Made by a program: the position numbers and the translations under genes. Below, piece by piece: positions 13,176-25,821 of a stretch of 64,000 nucleotides of DNA (position 1 is its first letter; the number at the start of each line of letters is the position of its first letter). Source of the DNA: Octopus vulgaris (taxonomy: Eukaryota); the NCBI GenBank assembly GCA_951406725.2, contig OX597816.1, positions 72,912,001 to 72,976,000 of the forward strand, read 5' to 3'. The notes beneath the pieces were generated by a model. The model saw only the letters and a list, made by a program, of their open reading frames with translations. It searched no databases and was not told where the DNA came from.

Positions 13176-15305
13176 ATAAAAATAATATAAAAATTAATTA
13201 GAAGCCACCAGCCCTGCCCTCACACACAAACAAACACATCTAATTATCGCTCCTTACAATAAGATTGAAAACGAAAACTTACAATAGGAGATTACCCATG
13301 AACCTTTGCGAAACTCAACCAATCAACAGCGAACATTAAATACACTATATTCTTCTCCTCTCTTTCTTTTCCTTTTTCCTCTTTTCTGATTTTGGTTCGC
13401 ATAATTTATTTATGTATTTATTTATTCATTATTTCATTTCGGACTGTGTTCAGTTAGCGATGGAGGCGCGGTAGTGGAGGTGTTGTTTCGTTTATCAGAT
13501 AAAACTTATTGTTAAAGAAGAGAAAAAATTTCATGCTAAATTAGATAGTAATTGTTAGTGTGTTTTATTGTTGCTGCCGCTTACGACTCGGACAATAAAT
13601 GCCGTATTGTTATTGTTATCTCTCATAAATAGTTTGCGATAAACGTTCAATAGAGTGATCGATGGATGACCAAGTTATCAAAAACTGATAGCTGTTTTAT
13701 GTATTCGATGATTTGATTATTTTATTGTGTTAGATATGATTGTAATAGTGGCGGTGGGGGTGATGGCGGATTTTGGAAACAGAAATAATGGCGGTTATAC
13801 TGTTGTTTATAACAGCTATCGCCATTGTGATGGTGGCTCCTGTCATGGCGGCGGTGATGGTTCTGGTGGAAGAGGTAGTGGACATGATAGCGGTGGTGGT
13901 GGTGGTGATGGTGATGGTGGTGGTGGTGATGGTCGTGGTAGTGTTGGTGGTGACGGATTTTAGTGAATACAATGGTGGCGAAAATAATGGCAGTTATAGA
14001 TATTTTATCATGATGTTGGCGGTGAAGAAAGTGACGGTGATTGTAATGATGGTGGTGGTGGTGGTGGCGGCGGCGATGACGGCGGTGGCGGCGGTGGCGA
14101 TGGCGGCGATGCCAGCGGTGGCGGCGGTGGCGATGGCGGCGATGGCGGTAGAGAATTCAGAATAAGTACATAGGCTTCCAAAGAATAAGTCCTGGGGTCG
14201 ATTTGCTCGACTAAAGGTGGTACTCCAGCATGGCCACAGTCAAATGACTGAAACAGGTAAAAGAGTAAAAGAGTAAATGGAAACAGTGTTGGTTACATTG
14301 TAAGTTACAGAAGCTGTTGTCACAGTGGTAGTTTGTGTTTGGGGCGGTGGTATGATGGTAGTGTTAGCAGTGGTAGCAGTGGTGGTCGTTATAGAGGTTG
14401 GATATATATATATATATAGTTGTTGTATATATGTCTGTGTGTATGTATGTATATATGTGTGCGTGAGTGTATAGGTAGGTAGGTAGGTAGTAAGACATAG
14501 TACTCTACACAGTACATTATAATTAGTCTTAGCCAGCTATTCTCCATCAAATGAAAATGTTCAGCAATGTTTTATATGAATTTTTATGGCCTTAAAATTA
14601 ATCAGTGAAAGAATTTCTAGAATGAGGACATTTATTTGAAATACAATATGATTTAATCTTGTTTCAAGTCTTCTGCTTCAGAACGTCCTATATCAAGATC
14701 TTTATCCCTTATCAGGCTGTGTGAGATACAGGGAATCATTTTATTGTGGACGTTATAAGACTTATTAGTCATGTAGAATTAGATATAAACTTCCCGGAGC
14801 GGACGATCGTACCAAAGAAAAGATACATCTTGTAAGGAACGAATTCTTTCGAGGGATAATTACTCGAATTTGCTCAACATTGAATTACATTCTTAGATGT
14901 ATATACGCACAATAACAACAAGCAGTAGTACTCCAAAGGGTGATTTGTCATTTGAGTTCGCAAGCTCTTCCCAGAGAAAAAAAAAGTATTTAACAAAACC
15001 TGTTACGATATCAAATCTCTATAAGCGAAGTAAACCAAAACGAGTCAGCTTCTGATACTTGATAATATGCAGGACTTTGCCTTATAGCATATTTTCCACT
15101 ACAATACATGCTGTTTCAGAATTAGCATCTCTCATCGGCCAAGTTTAAAAGTGAGAGAAGCCCTCAAGCTTCACCGTGTATAAATCTATCAGTCACGAGG
15201 GATTGGATAAAAGAACTGCTACGAACGGACACATGTACCGAAGAGATAGATTATATATCCAGTTGCAAGAAAATCACTTTTAGGGTAAAGCAACATGCAT
15301 GAAGT

Positions 15306-15610
15306 GGGGGCACATGGCCTAGTGGTTAGAGCAGCGGACTCGCGATCGAGGGATCGCGGGTTCGAATCTCAGACCGGGCGATGTGTGTGTTTATGAGCGA
15401 AACACCTAAGCTCCACGCGGCTCTGGCAGAGGGTAATGACGAACTTCTGCTGACTCTTTCGCCACAACTTTCTCTCACTCTTTCCTCCTGCATCTTGCAG
15501 CTCACCTGCGACGGACCGGCATTCCGTCCAGGTGGGGAACCTATGCGCCAAGGAAACCGGGAAACCGGCCCTATGAACCAGGCGTGACTCAAGAAGGAAC
15601 AAACAACAAC
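15306..15610 (+). mobile_element. SINE family C (tRNA-derived head, (CAA)n-like tail)
   Basis: A box TGGCCTAGTGG, B box GGTTCGAATC; second copy at 25063-25365. Confidence 0.85.
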
Positions 15611-15620
15611 ATGCATGAAA

Positions 15621-15955
15621 GGTGCATGTCTCAGCGGTTAGGGCGTTGGGCCTAATCATAAGGTAGTGATTTCGATTCCCGGGCCGGGCTATGTGTTGTG
15701 TTCCTGAGCATGACACTTTATTTCACGCTGCTCCAGTTTACTCATCTGTAGAAATGAGTTGTGACGTCACTGGTGCCAAACTGTATTGGCCCCTTTGCCT
15801 TTCCCTTGGATAACATCAGTGGTGTGGAGAGGGAAGGCTGGTATGCAGTTCTTCCCATAAACAACCTCACCCACACTTGTGCCTCGGAGGGAACTTTCTA
15901 GGTGCAATCCCATGGTCATTCCTGACCGAAGGGAGTCTTTACCATTTTACCCTTT
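15621..15955 (+). mobile_element. SINE family E
   Basis: tRNA-like head (TCAGCGGTTAGGGCG...TTTCGATTCCC), TTTACC-repeat tail; matches 10341-10655. Confidence 0.78.
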
Positions 15956-16294
15956 TAGATGCATAAAAGCGATCAACGCGGAATTTTATTCCTTGTGACG
16001 AAGCATCGAAGCAAGCCGAAGCATCGAAGTTACTGTCAACTTCTTCCTTATGAGGCATTTACTCTCATAAAAATATTGAGTAACCCTTCAGTTTAATGTT
16101 AAGTTGCTTTTATATAAAACTTGGCATAAAAACGAACAAATGTAGTTCCAAAAAAGCTAACAAGTGGAAACTTCGAAGTCACTATCCTTTGCTTGTAAAA
16201 GTTCAATTTGAACTCTACTAAAAGTATTGAATAATTTCTTAACTTAATGTTAAACTAATATTTTATTTTTTTTGACATAAAACCCAACAATATT

Positions 16295-16685
16295 GGTGGC
16301 TGTGTGGTAAGAAGCTTGTTTCCCAACCACATAGTTCCGGGTTCAGTCCCACTGCGTGGCACCCTCTGCAAGTATCTTCTACTATAGCCTCGGGCCGACC
16401 AAAGCCTTGAGAGTGGATTTGTTAAACGGAAACTGAAAGAAGCAATTCGAATATTTGTATGTATATATATATGTGTGTGTGTGTGTGTGTATTTGTGTCT
16501 GTTTATTCCCCTACCATCGCTTTGACAACCAATAGTGGTATGTTTACGTCCCCGTAAATTAGTGGTTCGGCAAAAGAGAATAAGTACTAAGCTTCCAAAG
16601 AATAAGTCCTGGGGTCGATTTGTTTGACTAAAAGCGGTGCTCCAGCATGGCCGCAGTCAAATGACTGAAACAGGCAAAAGAATAA
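16295..16685 (+). mobile_element. SINE family B, near full length
   Basis: GTGGCTGTGTGGTAAGAAGCTT...GGTTCAGTCCCACTGCGTGG through CAAATGACTGAAACAGG. Confidence 0.88.
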
Positions 16686-16836
16686 ATGAATATTTGTGTG
16701 TGTGTGTGTGTGTGTACACGGTATCAAAACAGGGTACAAACTAATTCATCTTAGCGAAGTAATTTTTACCAAAGTGCTCAACGAGTTAGTATAAGGGAAG
16801 AGTTTGTTGGTGCTACGTTACTAAGTCTATGTGAAA

Positions 16837-17152
16837 GTGCATGGCTTAGTGATTAAAACATTTGGCTCACGATCCTAAGGATGCAAGTTCAATTTTTCCG
16901 GTGATACGTAGTGTCCTTGAGAAAGGCATTTTATTTCATCTTTTTTCGCTTCACTCATCTGGCAAAAGTGAGTAGTACTTGTATTGTAAGGGGCCAGCCT
17001 TGTCACATTCTGTATCACGCTGAATCTTCCTGAGAACTAAGGGTATGTGTGACTGTGGAGTGGTCAGTCACTTACACGTTAATTTCACGATCAGGCTGTT
17101 CCGTTAATCGGATCAACCAGAACCCTTGTCGTCGTAACCGACGGAATGCCAG
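16837..17152 (+). mobile_element. SINE family F
   Basis: tRNA-like head; body GGGCCAGCCTTGTCACA...CACGTTAAT...CGGATCAAC is shared with the inverted copies at 19070-19390 and 42274-42598. Confidence 0.75.
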
Positions 17153-17857
17153 AAAGAATAAATGAAAGGGTCTAATTCTGATAGTCGATATAAAGAAAAT
17201 GTATCATCAGTCAGTATAAAGAGGACGGAATCCTCCCCTGGCTCCAGCATTTTCGATCACAGTTGAGGCTAACATTAAACAACATCGACAAGAACAACAA
17301 CTCATACGAGGTCTTGGTTTCTGATATAGGCAGAAAGGCACAAGATTTTAGGGTGTGGAATAAAGATAGGGGTCGAAGCTGACTCTAGTTTTTGAATGGT
17401 TTTTTTATTGTACCGACCCCTGAATTACTAAAAGAAAGCTTGAATTCCACCAGGCTTGTTTTATGTTAAAATGTAAAGGATTTTTTTTTTGTCATTTGTT
17501 TCTCATTGAACTGTAGTCATGCCGAAGCATCGCCTTACAGGATTTTACTAGAACAGATCGACTCCCATACTTATCTGTTTCAAATCTGGTACTGATTCTG
17601 TCGGCTCTTCCATCGAACCGCTAAGTTGCTGGGACGTAAACAAATCAAGAAGGTTTATAATGAGACGGTTGAAACAAACAAACACACAAACCTTCTTTGT
17701 GGGACAAGCCCGTTGATGTTCGGGCTTCCACTGCTAGAAACCACATGATGTAACCTTCAGGTGTCAGCCTGCCGACCGGCGTCATACTGTTAGATCGGAC
17801 TGCCACGTGGTGTCTCTTTGTTTTGCATTGCTTTTCCCCTGTTCGTCGATTTTTGCG

Positions 17858-18391
17858 ATGGCAGAAACGAAAGAACAGCGTGCTTCCGCGAAATTCTGTT
17901 TTCTGCTGGGAAAGACGGCGGCCGAAACAGTTCTCATGCTTCAAACAGCTTACAAGGGCTTTAGGAATAGCTACTTACCGCTTGAAGGCCAACCCCGTTC
18001 AGGGCGTCCGTCGACCACTCGAACGAATGAAGACATCACGAAAATTCATGAACTGATCTTGGAAGGACGTTACTGAGCAATTGGCGAACTTGTTGATATG
18101 ACTAGTGTGCCATGGAGCTCCTGCCAACGAATATTGTACGAGGAATTGCAAATGAAAAGAGTTGCAGCAAAATTTGTGCCTCGCTTGCTCACAGAAGATC
18201 AAAAACAGTCACAATTGAATGCATGTCGTGATCTGAAAGAGCAGTTGGAAGTTAATCCAGACCTATATTCGAAGATCATCACTGGTGATGAAATCTGGTA
18301 CTAAGGAATTTGCAGCTGTGGAAGAGGTGAAAATCAACCACGACGGTAGTGTTAAAATCCCGGTTTCTTTTGGGTACCTAGTCGTGTATAT
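17858..18391 (+). pseudogene. Mariner transposase remnant with internal deletions and probable right TIR
   Basis: EQRASAKFCFLLGKTAAET, PRSGRPST, MKRVAAKFVPRLLTEDQK, IITGDEIWY (WVPRxL and TGDE motifs); in-frame stop at ~18074. Confidence 0.9.
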
Positions 18392-18547
18392 ATAAGTATA
18401 CTTAGCGGTTCGGCAAAAGAGACCGATAGAATAAGTACTGGGCTTACAAAAGAATAAGTCCCGGGGTCGAGTTGCTCGATTAAAGGCGGTGCTCCAGCAT
18501 GGCCGCAGTCAAATGACTGAAACTAATAAAAGAGTAAAGAGTAAAGA

Positions 18548-18588
<41 letters not shown>

Positions 18589-18693
18589 CACTCATACACA
18601 TGCGAATAGCTTCCATGCACTTTCCGTCTACCAAATTCATTCACAAGGCATTGGTCGACTAGGGGATTTAATAAAAGACACTACCTTAAGATT

Positions 18694-18926
18694 CCTATTT
18701 ATTTACTACCCACAAGGGGCTAAACACAGAGGAGACAAACAAGGACAGACAAACGGATTAAGTCGATTACATCGACCCCAGTGCGTAACTGGTACTTAAT
18801 TTATCGACCCCGGAAGGATGAAAGGCAAAGTCGACCTCGGCGGAATTTGAACTCAGAACGTAGCGGCAGACGAAATACGGCAACGCATTTCGCCCGGCGT
18901 GCTAACGTCTCTGCCAGCTCGCCGCC
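18694..18926 (-). mobile_element. SINE family A, young full-length copy nested in an older family B SINE
   Basis: Flanked by the direct repeat (CC)TTAAGATT(CC) at 18684-18695 and 18925-18936, read as a TSD. Confidence 0.9.
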
Positions 18927-19069
18927 TTAAGATTCCGTGCGGTGGAACTGAATACGAAACCATGGCTTTAACTTGCAACCACACAGTTATGCTTGTGCCT
19001 TTTAAAGTATTAAATCTATCAAGGCAATTTTTCCGAGGTCTAATTACTAATACTACCAAATCATGATAT

Positions 19070-19390
19070 GGCACTCTGTCGGTTACGTCGACTAGGTATG
19101 CAGTTGATCCGATCAACGAATAATCTGCTCGTAATATTTAACGTGCAAGTGGCTGAGTGCTCCACAGACACGCGTACACTTAACGTAGTTATCAGAGAGA
19201 TACAGCGTGACACAGAGTGTGACAAAGCTGGTCCTTTGAAATACAGGTAAAACTCATTTTTACCAGTTGAGTGGACTGGAGCAATGTGAAATAAAGTGTC
19301 TTGCTCAAGAACACGGCGTGTCACGACGAATTGAACTCACGAACTTGCGACCGTCAGCCGAGTACTTTAACCATTTAGCCACACGTCTTC
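19070..19390 (-). mobile_element. SINE family F
   Basis: Reverse-complement similarity to 16837-17152. Confidence 0.78.
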
Positions 19391-20044
19391 ATACACAAAT
19401 ATATAATAGGGAAGGAACAGTCGACAAAATCAAATTTATTGGCAGAATGGGTAGCAAGCTGGACAAAATGCTTCGCTGCATTTTTTCGGGCTCTATGTAC
19501 TGTGTTCCAATCCCACAGAGGTCGATTTCGCCTTTTAATGTGTTGTAGTTAAAATTAGAACCAGTTAAGAACTGGTCTCGATGTGATGGGCTAGCCCACT
19601 TCTCCCTCTATGGCTCGTCTTATAGCCTTTACATGTTTGGCAAAGCATTGAGTAGCAATCATGATGTTGCCATTTTGATACTCAGAGCGATTCATCATAA
19701 TACAGGTGACCGTTTTCCAATATTCAGATGTCTTCTTGCTTAACGTTCTGAGTTCAAATTCCACCGAGGTCGACTTTGCCTTTCATCCTTTCGAGGTCGA
19801 TAAAATAAGTAAAAATTAAGCAATGTGGTGGAGATAATCTACCTAGACCCACCCCCAAAATTGTTAGCTTTGTACCAAAATTTCGAAGCAATATTCTGAT
19901 GGCTTCCAGTCCTCCATGTCTGCTGACTTTTTCTCAACTACAAATTTTAATCGTTATTCTCTCCAACACCGTTGACTGTTCACCTGCACATCGATCTTTT
20001 CTTGGAACTGTTAGACATAAAATCTCTAAATGTAGCCTGAACAC

Positions 20045-20078
<34 letters not shown>

Positions 20079-20354
20079 TCTTAAGACAACTCTTACGAGT
20101 AAGTAACTGCACGTATTAAAAATATGGACGCCGCGTTTATATAAACATACAGGGCCCTGTACTAATAAGAAAAAAAAATAATAAAAGCCATCTGATATGT
20201 AAACAGACACACTAACACAATATGTCAGCTTGTATACATAAATACATGTATGTATACACATACACACAAACATTCATACACGCTCGCAGACACACACGTA
20301 TATATAGATGTCAATCCATGTACATATAAAAATTGTGATAGCTTTCTGTATACT

Positions 20355-20630
20355 TCTACAACAATTAATTGCGCCATGTTTGCCTAGAAGGACAAAGCTA
20401 GGCATTGTTACAGAACGTTAGAACAAGGCATAGTATCTTCGTTGTCAATCTCTTTAAGGCTAATTAACTAAGTTCAATAGGTAATAATAATGTTTGCAAA
20501 ACTATAACTGCTAATGATGATTCATCAATGACTTAGTTAATTACATGGAAGTGATAAATCGCTTCATTATATTCTGGAAAACGTTTAATATCCATAAACA
20601 AACGCTGCATATGCATAAATGCGTACGCAT
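20355..20630. repeat. Copy 1 of a ~280-bp non-coding block duplicated in inverted orientation
   Basis: Reverse complement of 25822-26095; I count one difference across the ~135-bp core. Confidence 0.92.
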
Positions 20631-20763
20631 GTATATATGTGTATATATTTTTGTCATTGTGTGTATGCGTGAGTGTACATGCATGCACACAACCATGCAA
20701 CTGTTCTTAAATACACCAACTATCAATTAATTCATACAAACATGTGTGTGTGTGTCTATATAT

Positions 20764-20826
<63 letters not shown>

Positions 20827-20852
20827 TGTGTCTCTGTGTGTGTGTGTGTATG

Positions 20853-21545
20853 CAGCAGAGCCTCGCAGTACGAGTGCCCCATTTTACGAGTAATTTACTG
20901 TACGATTCAAGACTCATGCGAATTTAGTCTTGAAATACGAAATCCGCAGTATGAGCGAGTTTCATACGAGCGATCACTAGTCGGCGCTGAGTTCGCACAC
21001 ACTCTCCCAACAGCCGCGGTCTCGGCTCGCTCAGTTCACGCGTTTGTAGCAGCATCCCTGTTGTATTATCTCCTCTGTTTTTGTTTACTTTTGTACATTT
21101 TTTTTTTGCTATCATTTTATAATAATTAGTTGTTAGCCATGGGTTCTAATAAGATAGTGTTGAGAAGAAAAAAAAAACTGACTGCGATAGAATTAAAGAA
21201 GGAAATCATTGATAAATACGACCGAAGCACATCGACGATTTGTACCATCCTGCAGAAAAAGGACGAGATCAAGGCCGTTACAACAGCAATGGGTATCTCC
21301 AGGCTCACAAAGCAACACACATCTCTCCACGAAAGGATGGAAAAAACTACTTTTCGTGTGGATCAACGAGAAGCAGGTTGCAAGGGATATGATTACGGAG
21401 ACCATCATCTGCAAGAAAGCACGAGCGCTGTATGGGGATCTCTTGAAGCAGAACCCTGGAACATCGACGGAGGTGACATCAACAGACGCATTTAAGGCCA
21501 GTCGCGGCTGGTTTGATAGTTTCAAGAAGAGGACTGGGGTATATT
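20853..21545 (+). pseudogene. pogo/Tigger-family transposon 5' part: TIR and frameshifted CENP-B-like HTH domains (ATG at 21139)
   Basis: IELKKEIIDKY..STSTICTILQKKDEI then KLLFVWINEKQ..ITETIICKKARALY..FKASRGWFDSFKKRTG; left end CAGCAGAGCCTCG. Confidence 0.88.
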
Positions 21546-22180
21546 TCAGCAGTAATCTCAAAAGGTTGTCTTCTTCAGAGAATGATTGCATAAAATACAG
21601 TTTAATGACCGCTCCTCGAAGATGACATGTTCGTGTTTCAGTCCCTCTGGAAACTTTTTTCTCAACACAGCAAAAGCATACTAATTTTATATTTATAGAC
21701 ATAAGTTACGTAAAAACATAGTTTTTGTAAATATTTATTTTCATTCGTATCTTTTATTTTCATCGTTAATTTTAATTTTTTTATTTTATTTTTTTTATTT
21801 TTTATTTGAATTAAATTATGGCTTGTACAGTAGGGTCCGGCGAACCTATTTTACATATGCATATTTGTTTAAATAATTAAAACATAGTTTATAGTATCAA
21901 ACTATGAGAAGGTGATATAGAGGCCTGATGATTGGGGCTGTATTTTAAGAATGGTTCCAGCAAAACACGGCGTGGTTAACGAACCAGGAAACGTACCACA
22001 AGAAACACGTGTAAGCCAAGTTATTAAGTAGTAAGTATTTAAATTAAAATTCTTTTACATGGTGAGATGAAGGGGCTTACTATCACTAAATGAAAATATA
22101 TATTTCCTCATTGAGAATAATTTGAACCCTTGGTATGCCGGAATTTTTATTCCCTAACAAATAAAATTAAATATATATAT

Positions 22181-23230
22181 ATGAAACTTTAGCGACTGAA
22201 GAAGGGGATTTTTCGTTGTGCTTATTGTCCTGTATCTCCTTTTTTTTGCCTGTCTTGTTCCTTGGTTTGTGTCTATGTTTTTCGTCTCTCTATGTGTTCG
22301 ACGTCTTTTTGGTGTCCTGTACACATATATGCGTGTATATGTACATGTAGAGGTAGGTACGTACATATATGTTTATATATATGCATATATTTTATTAACA
22401 TATTATACGACTAAACGCACGCACCCTATTAAGTAAGATTGTTCTGTTTATCAAGTTCGCCTTGATATTAACTCTCACGCGACTCTGCATCTTTCTTTCT
22501 TTCTCTCCCATTCCCTTTTTCGTCTTTTTTCCCTCACTTAACTTGTCTCTTCCTCTCTCTCTCCCCCTCACTGTTCTTCATGGTCTCCTCGCACCATTCC
22601 CCTTCTTCTCTCTCTTCCTCTTGCTCCTCCTCCCCCATTCCCGTCGTCCATCTGCGACGTACTTCCGTCGTAACTGCTATCCCGTCCTTTCTCGCCCGCC
22701 TTCTAAGGCCACTGGTCGACATCTTCCTCTCTCGTCGTCCACTATAATCCAGCGTTTGCAATACTTTTTTCGTCTGGCGTTAACAGCCCTTCTTATCTTG
22801 TTCTCCTTGTCCTGTCTCTCACTGTTATATATTTATTTTTCCACTGTTTATATATATATTTTTTACTGTTTATATGTTTGTACTGTCGTTACCGTCTTGC
22901 TTTTTTTACCCCTCTGCGACAAGATCTCAGAATTTTAATTGATTTGCTCTTCGCAGGAAGGAATTTTTCATTCGAAGTATACGTCTCGCTTTTATCCTTC
23001 GAAACGTTTAGTAGATGAAACTTTAGCGACTGAAGAAGGGGATTTTTCGTTGTGCTTATTGTCCTGTATCTCCTTTTTTTTGCCTGTCTTGTTCCTTGGT
23101 TTGTGTCTATGTTTTTCGTCTCTCTATGTGTTCGACGTCTTTTTGGTGTCCTGTACACATATATGCGTGTATATGTACATGTAGAGGTAGGTACGTACAT
23201 ATATGTTTATATATATGCATATATTTTATT

Positions 23231-23237
<7 letters not shown>
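22181..23237 (+). mobile_element. Non-coding element with ~223-bp identical direct terminal repeats (22181-22403 and 23015-23237) in (TA)n; pLTR-like
   Basis: The repeats look identical by eye, period 834 bp; no TG..CA LTR ends; contains CTGAAGA and GAAACGT blocks. Confidence 0.7.
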
Positions 23238-23286
<49 letters not shown>

Positions 23287-23412
23287 CATATACGCATATA
23301 TATGTGTGTATGTGTGTGTATATTTATAAATGTATGTGTGTGTATGTATGTATGTATTTATATATATATATATATATATAGATAGATAGATAGATACATA
23401 CATACATACATG

Positions 23413-23464
<52 letters not shown>

Positions 23465-23467
23465 TAC

Positions 23468-23520
<53 letters not shown>

Positions 23521-23521
<1 letters not shown>

Positions 23522-24008
23522 CCTCCTTCCTCCCTTTTCTTACTACTGACCTTTGTCTGCTATGCTGCTGCTATGCTGACCACCGTCTCGCCCTACCTCA
23601 CACGCCTGACACACAGACGCACACACTAACACATACATATAGTTTTTGTTTTTTTACCTCGCCTCACACACACACATACACACACGCACACGCACACACT
23701 CACACATACACACACATCTGTTGCGTTACCAACCTTGTCTCCACTCTTTTGCCTTTAAAAACCCACTTTGCTCTTGTTATCGTAAACATCCGCCTTTCAC
23801 CATGTGCTACTCCTAACACCAGTCGTTTTTTCTCTATCTCCGTTGCCCGCTCCGGGATCTTTCTTTCCTCTCCTCTTCCTTCTTTATGTTTCCGACGAAG
23901 AGCTCCGCTCGAAACGTCATACCTCCCTGCTTCCATTTCCTGAGCGCCTATTAATAATAATACTGTAATTGTTCCATTGTTGTTGTTTTTTTGTTTCCCG
24001 TTTGGATT

Positions 24009-24012
<4 letters not shown>
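23521..24012 (+). mobile_element. Hammerhead-bearing, (TA)n-inserted short element, family H1
   Basis: Its 3' ~190 bp are shared with 24385-24586(-), 40190-40370 and 55387-55602; all end in TTGGATTAA plus a few bases, then (TA)n. Confidence 0.75.
23888..23922 (+). ncRNA. Ultra-minimal hammerhead motif (family H1)
   Basis: GTTT-CCGACGA-A-GAGC-tcc-GCTC-GAAACGTC-ATAC; one mismatch in stem I. Confidence 0.6.
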
Positions 24013-24084
<72 letters not shown>

Positions 24085-24087
24085 GTA

Positions 24088-24127
<40 letters not shown>

Positions 24128-24163
24128 TATATATATGTATATATATATGTATGTATGTATCTA

Positions 24164-24194
<31 letters not shown>

Positions 24195-24315
24195 TGTATA
24201 GAGGGCATTATTACACATAAATGCCTCACACTAAGAGGGACAAAGTCATTACTACCAAAATTACACTAATCGTACCTAATGCAGTTCTTATTAAGAAGTT
24301 ATCCTTAATTGTTAA

Positions 24316-24366
<51 letters not shown>

Positions 24367-24384
24367 TATATACATATATATAAA

Positions 24385-24586
24385 TAAAATTAATCCAAAC
24401 AAGAAAACACAAAAAAACACAACAACGCGAAGACGTGGAACAAATATAGTATTATTGGACGCTCAGGAAAGAAGGAGGGTTTAACGTTATGAGCGGAGCT
24501 CTTCGTCGGAAACATAGGAGAAGGAAAGATCCCGAGAAGGGAAGACAGAGGAAAAAAATCGCCAAAGGTGTACACACGAGGTCACA
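24385..24586 (-). mobile_element. Family H1 element, inverted copy with mutated hammerhead (24479-24513; GAAA changed to ATAA)
   Basis: Reverse complement reads GTTTCCGACGAAGAGCTCCGCTCATAACGTTAAAC. Confidence 0.75.
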
Positions 24587-24641
24587 TATATATATATATA
24601 TACATACATACATACATACATACACACACATATATATAAAT

Positions 24642-24694
<53 letters not shown>

Positions 24695-24697
24695 ATT

Positions 24698-24728
<31 letters not shown>

Positions 24729-24729
<1 letters not shown>

Positions 24730-25030
24730 GAGGCGCAATGGCTCAGTGGTTAGGGCGGCGCACTCGCGGTCGTAGGATCGCGGTTTCGATTCCCAGACCA
24801 GGCGTTGTGAGTGTTTATTGAGCGAAAACACATAAAAAAGCTCCATGAAGCTCCGGCAGGAGGTGGTGATCCCAGCTGTACTCTTTCACCACTCTTTCTC
24901 TCACTTTTTCTTCTGTTGGCCTGCTCGCTTAGCCAGCGGGGTGACGCCATTCGCGGGCTAAAACAATGCGAACGCATTGTGACCAGCGATGTGTTGCAAC
25001 ATCTGATGGTCTGGTCGGTCACGTGATTAC
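24729..25030 (+). mobile_element. SINE family D (tRNA-derived head)
   Basis: TGGCTCAGTGG A box, GTTTCGATTCC B box; inverted copy at 40990-41244. Confidence 0.85.
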
Positions 25031-25062
25031 GTGCTAGATATATATACATATATATAGCTAGT

Positions 25063-25365
25063 GGAGGCACATGCCCTAGTGGTTAGAGCTGCGGAGTTGA
25101 GGTCGAGGGATCGTGGGTTCGAATCTCATATGGGACGGTGTGTGTGTTTATGAGCGAAACACCTAAGCTCCACGCGGCTCCAGCAGAAGGTAATGGCAAA
25201 CATCTGTTGACTCTTTCGGCACAACTTTCTCTCACTCTTTCCTCCTGTATGTAACAACCCACCTGCGACGGACCGGCATCCCGTTCAGGTGAGGAACGTA
25301 TACGCCAATGAAACCGGGAAACCAGCCCTTATGAACCAGGCATATCTCGAGGAGGAACAAACAAC
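25063..25365 (+). mobile_element. SINE family C
   Basis: Collinear with 15306-15610. Confidence 0.85.
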
Positions 25366-25370
25366 ACGCG

Positions 25371-25444
<74 letters not shown>

Positions 25445-25821
25445 TATATGGTTGTTAGTAATATGTTGTGCATGTATAGTAACATTACAATCATGAAATT
25501 AGCATTAGCTTATCTCACGGTTTCTTGCGGAACCCTAGGGTTGCGGAGAACACCGGTCGACAAATGGTAACCAAATATAATGTCACGATACGGTGAATCT
25601 GCTGATGTTCACTCTGCTAGGAGGAAAACTCGAAGGTTGCTGTCTGAACAGTGTTGAATGCGTAACGAAGCTTGCATTGTGGATTACAGTATATGGAAAC
25701 GGAAGAGGATGTTGAAGGAAACGAGTATATAGAATGGATACATAAACACAAACACAAACACATATTCAAAGGACACACACACACACACACACAAACATAT
25801 ATAAAACCTGTGTGTATCTAC

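Noticed and set aside
15306-15380. tRNA gene (also at 24729, 25063, ~41170-41244)
   Set aside because: A and B boxes are present, but the acceptor stem is not formed and the sequence continues into a shared repeat body, so these are SINE heads.
20514-20580. C/D-box snoRNA in the duplicated block (ATGATGA)
   Set aside because: No CTGA D box at a suitable distance on either strand.
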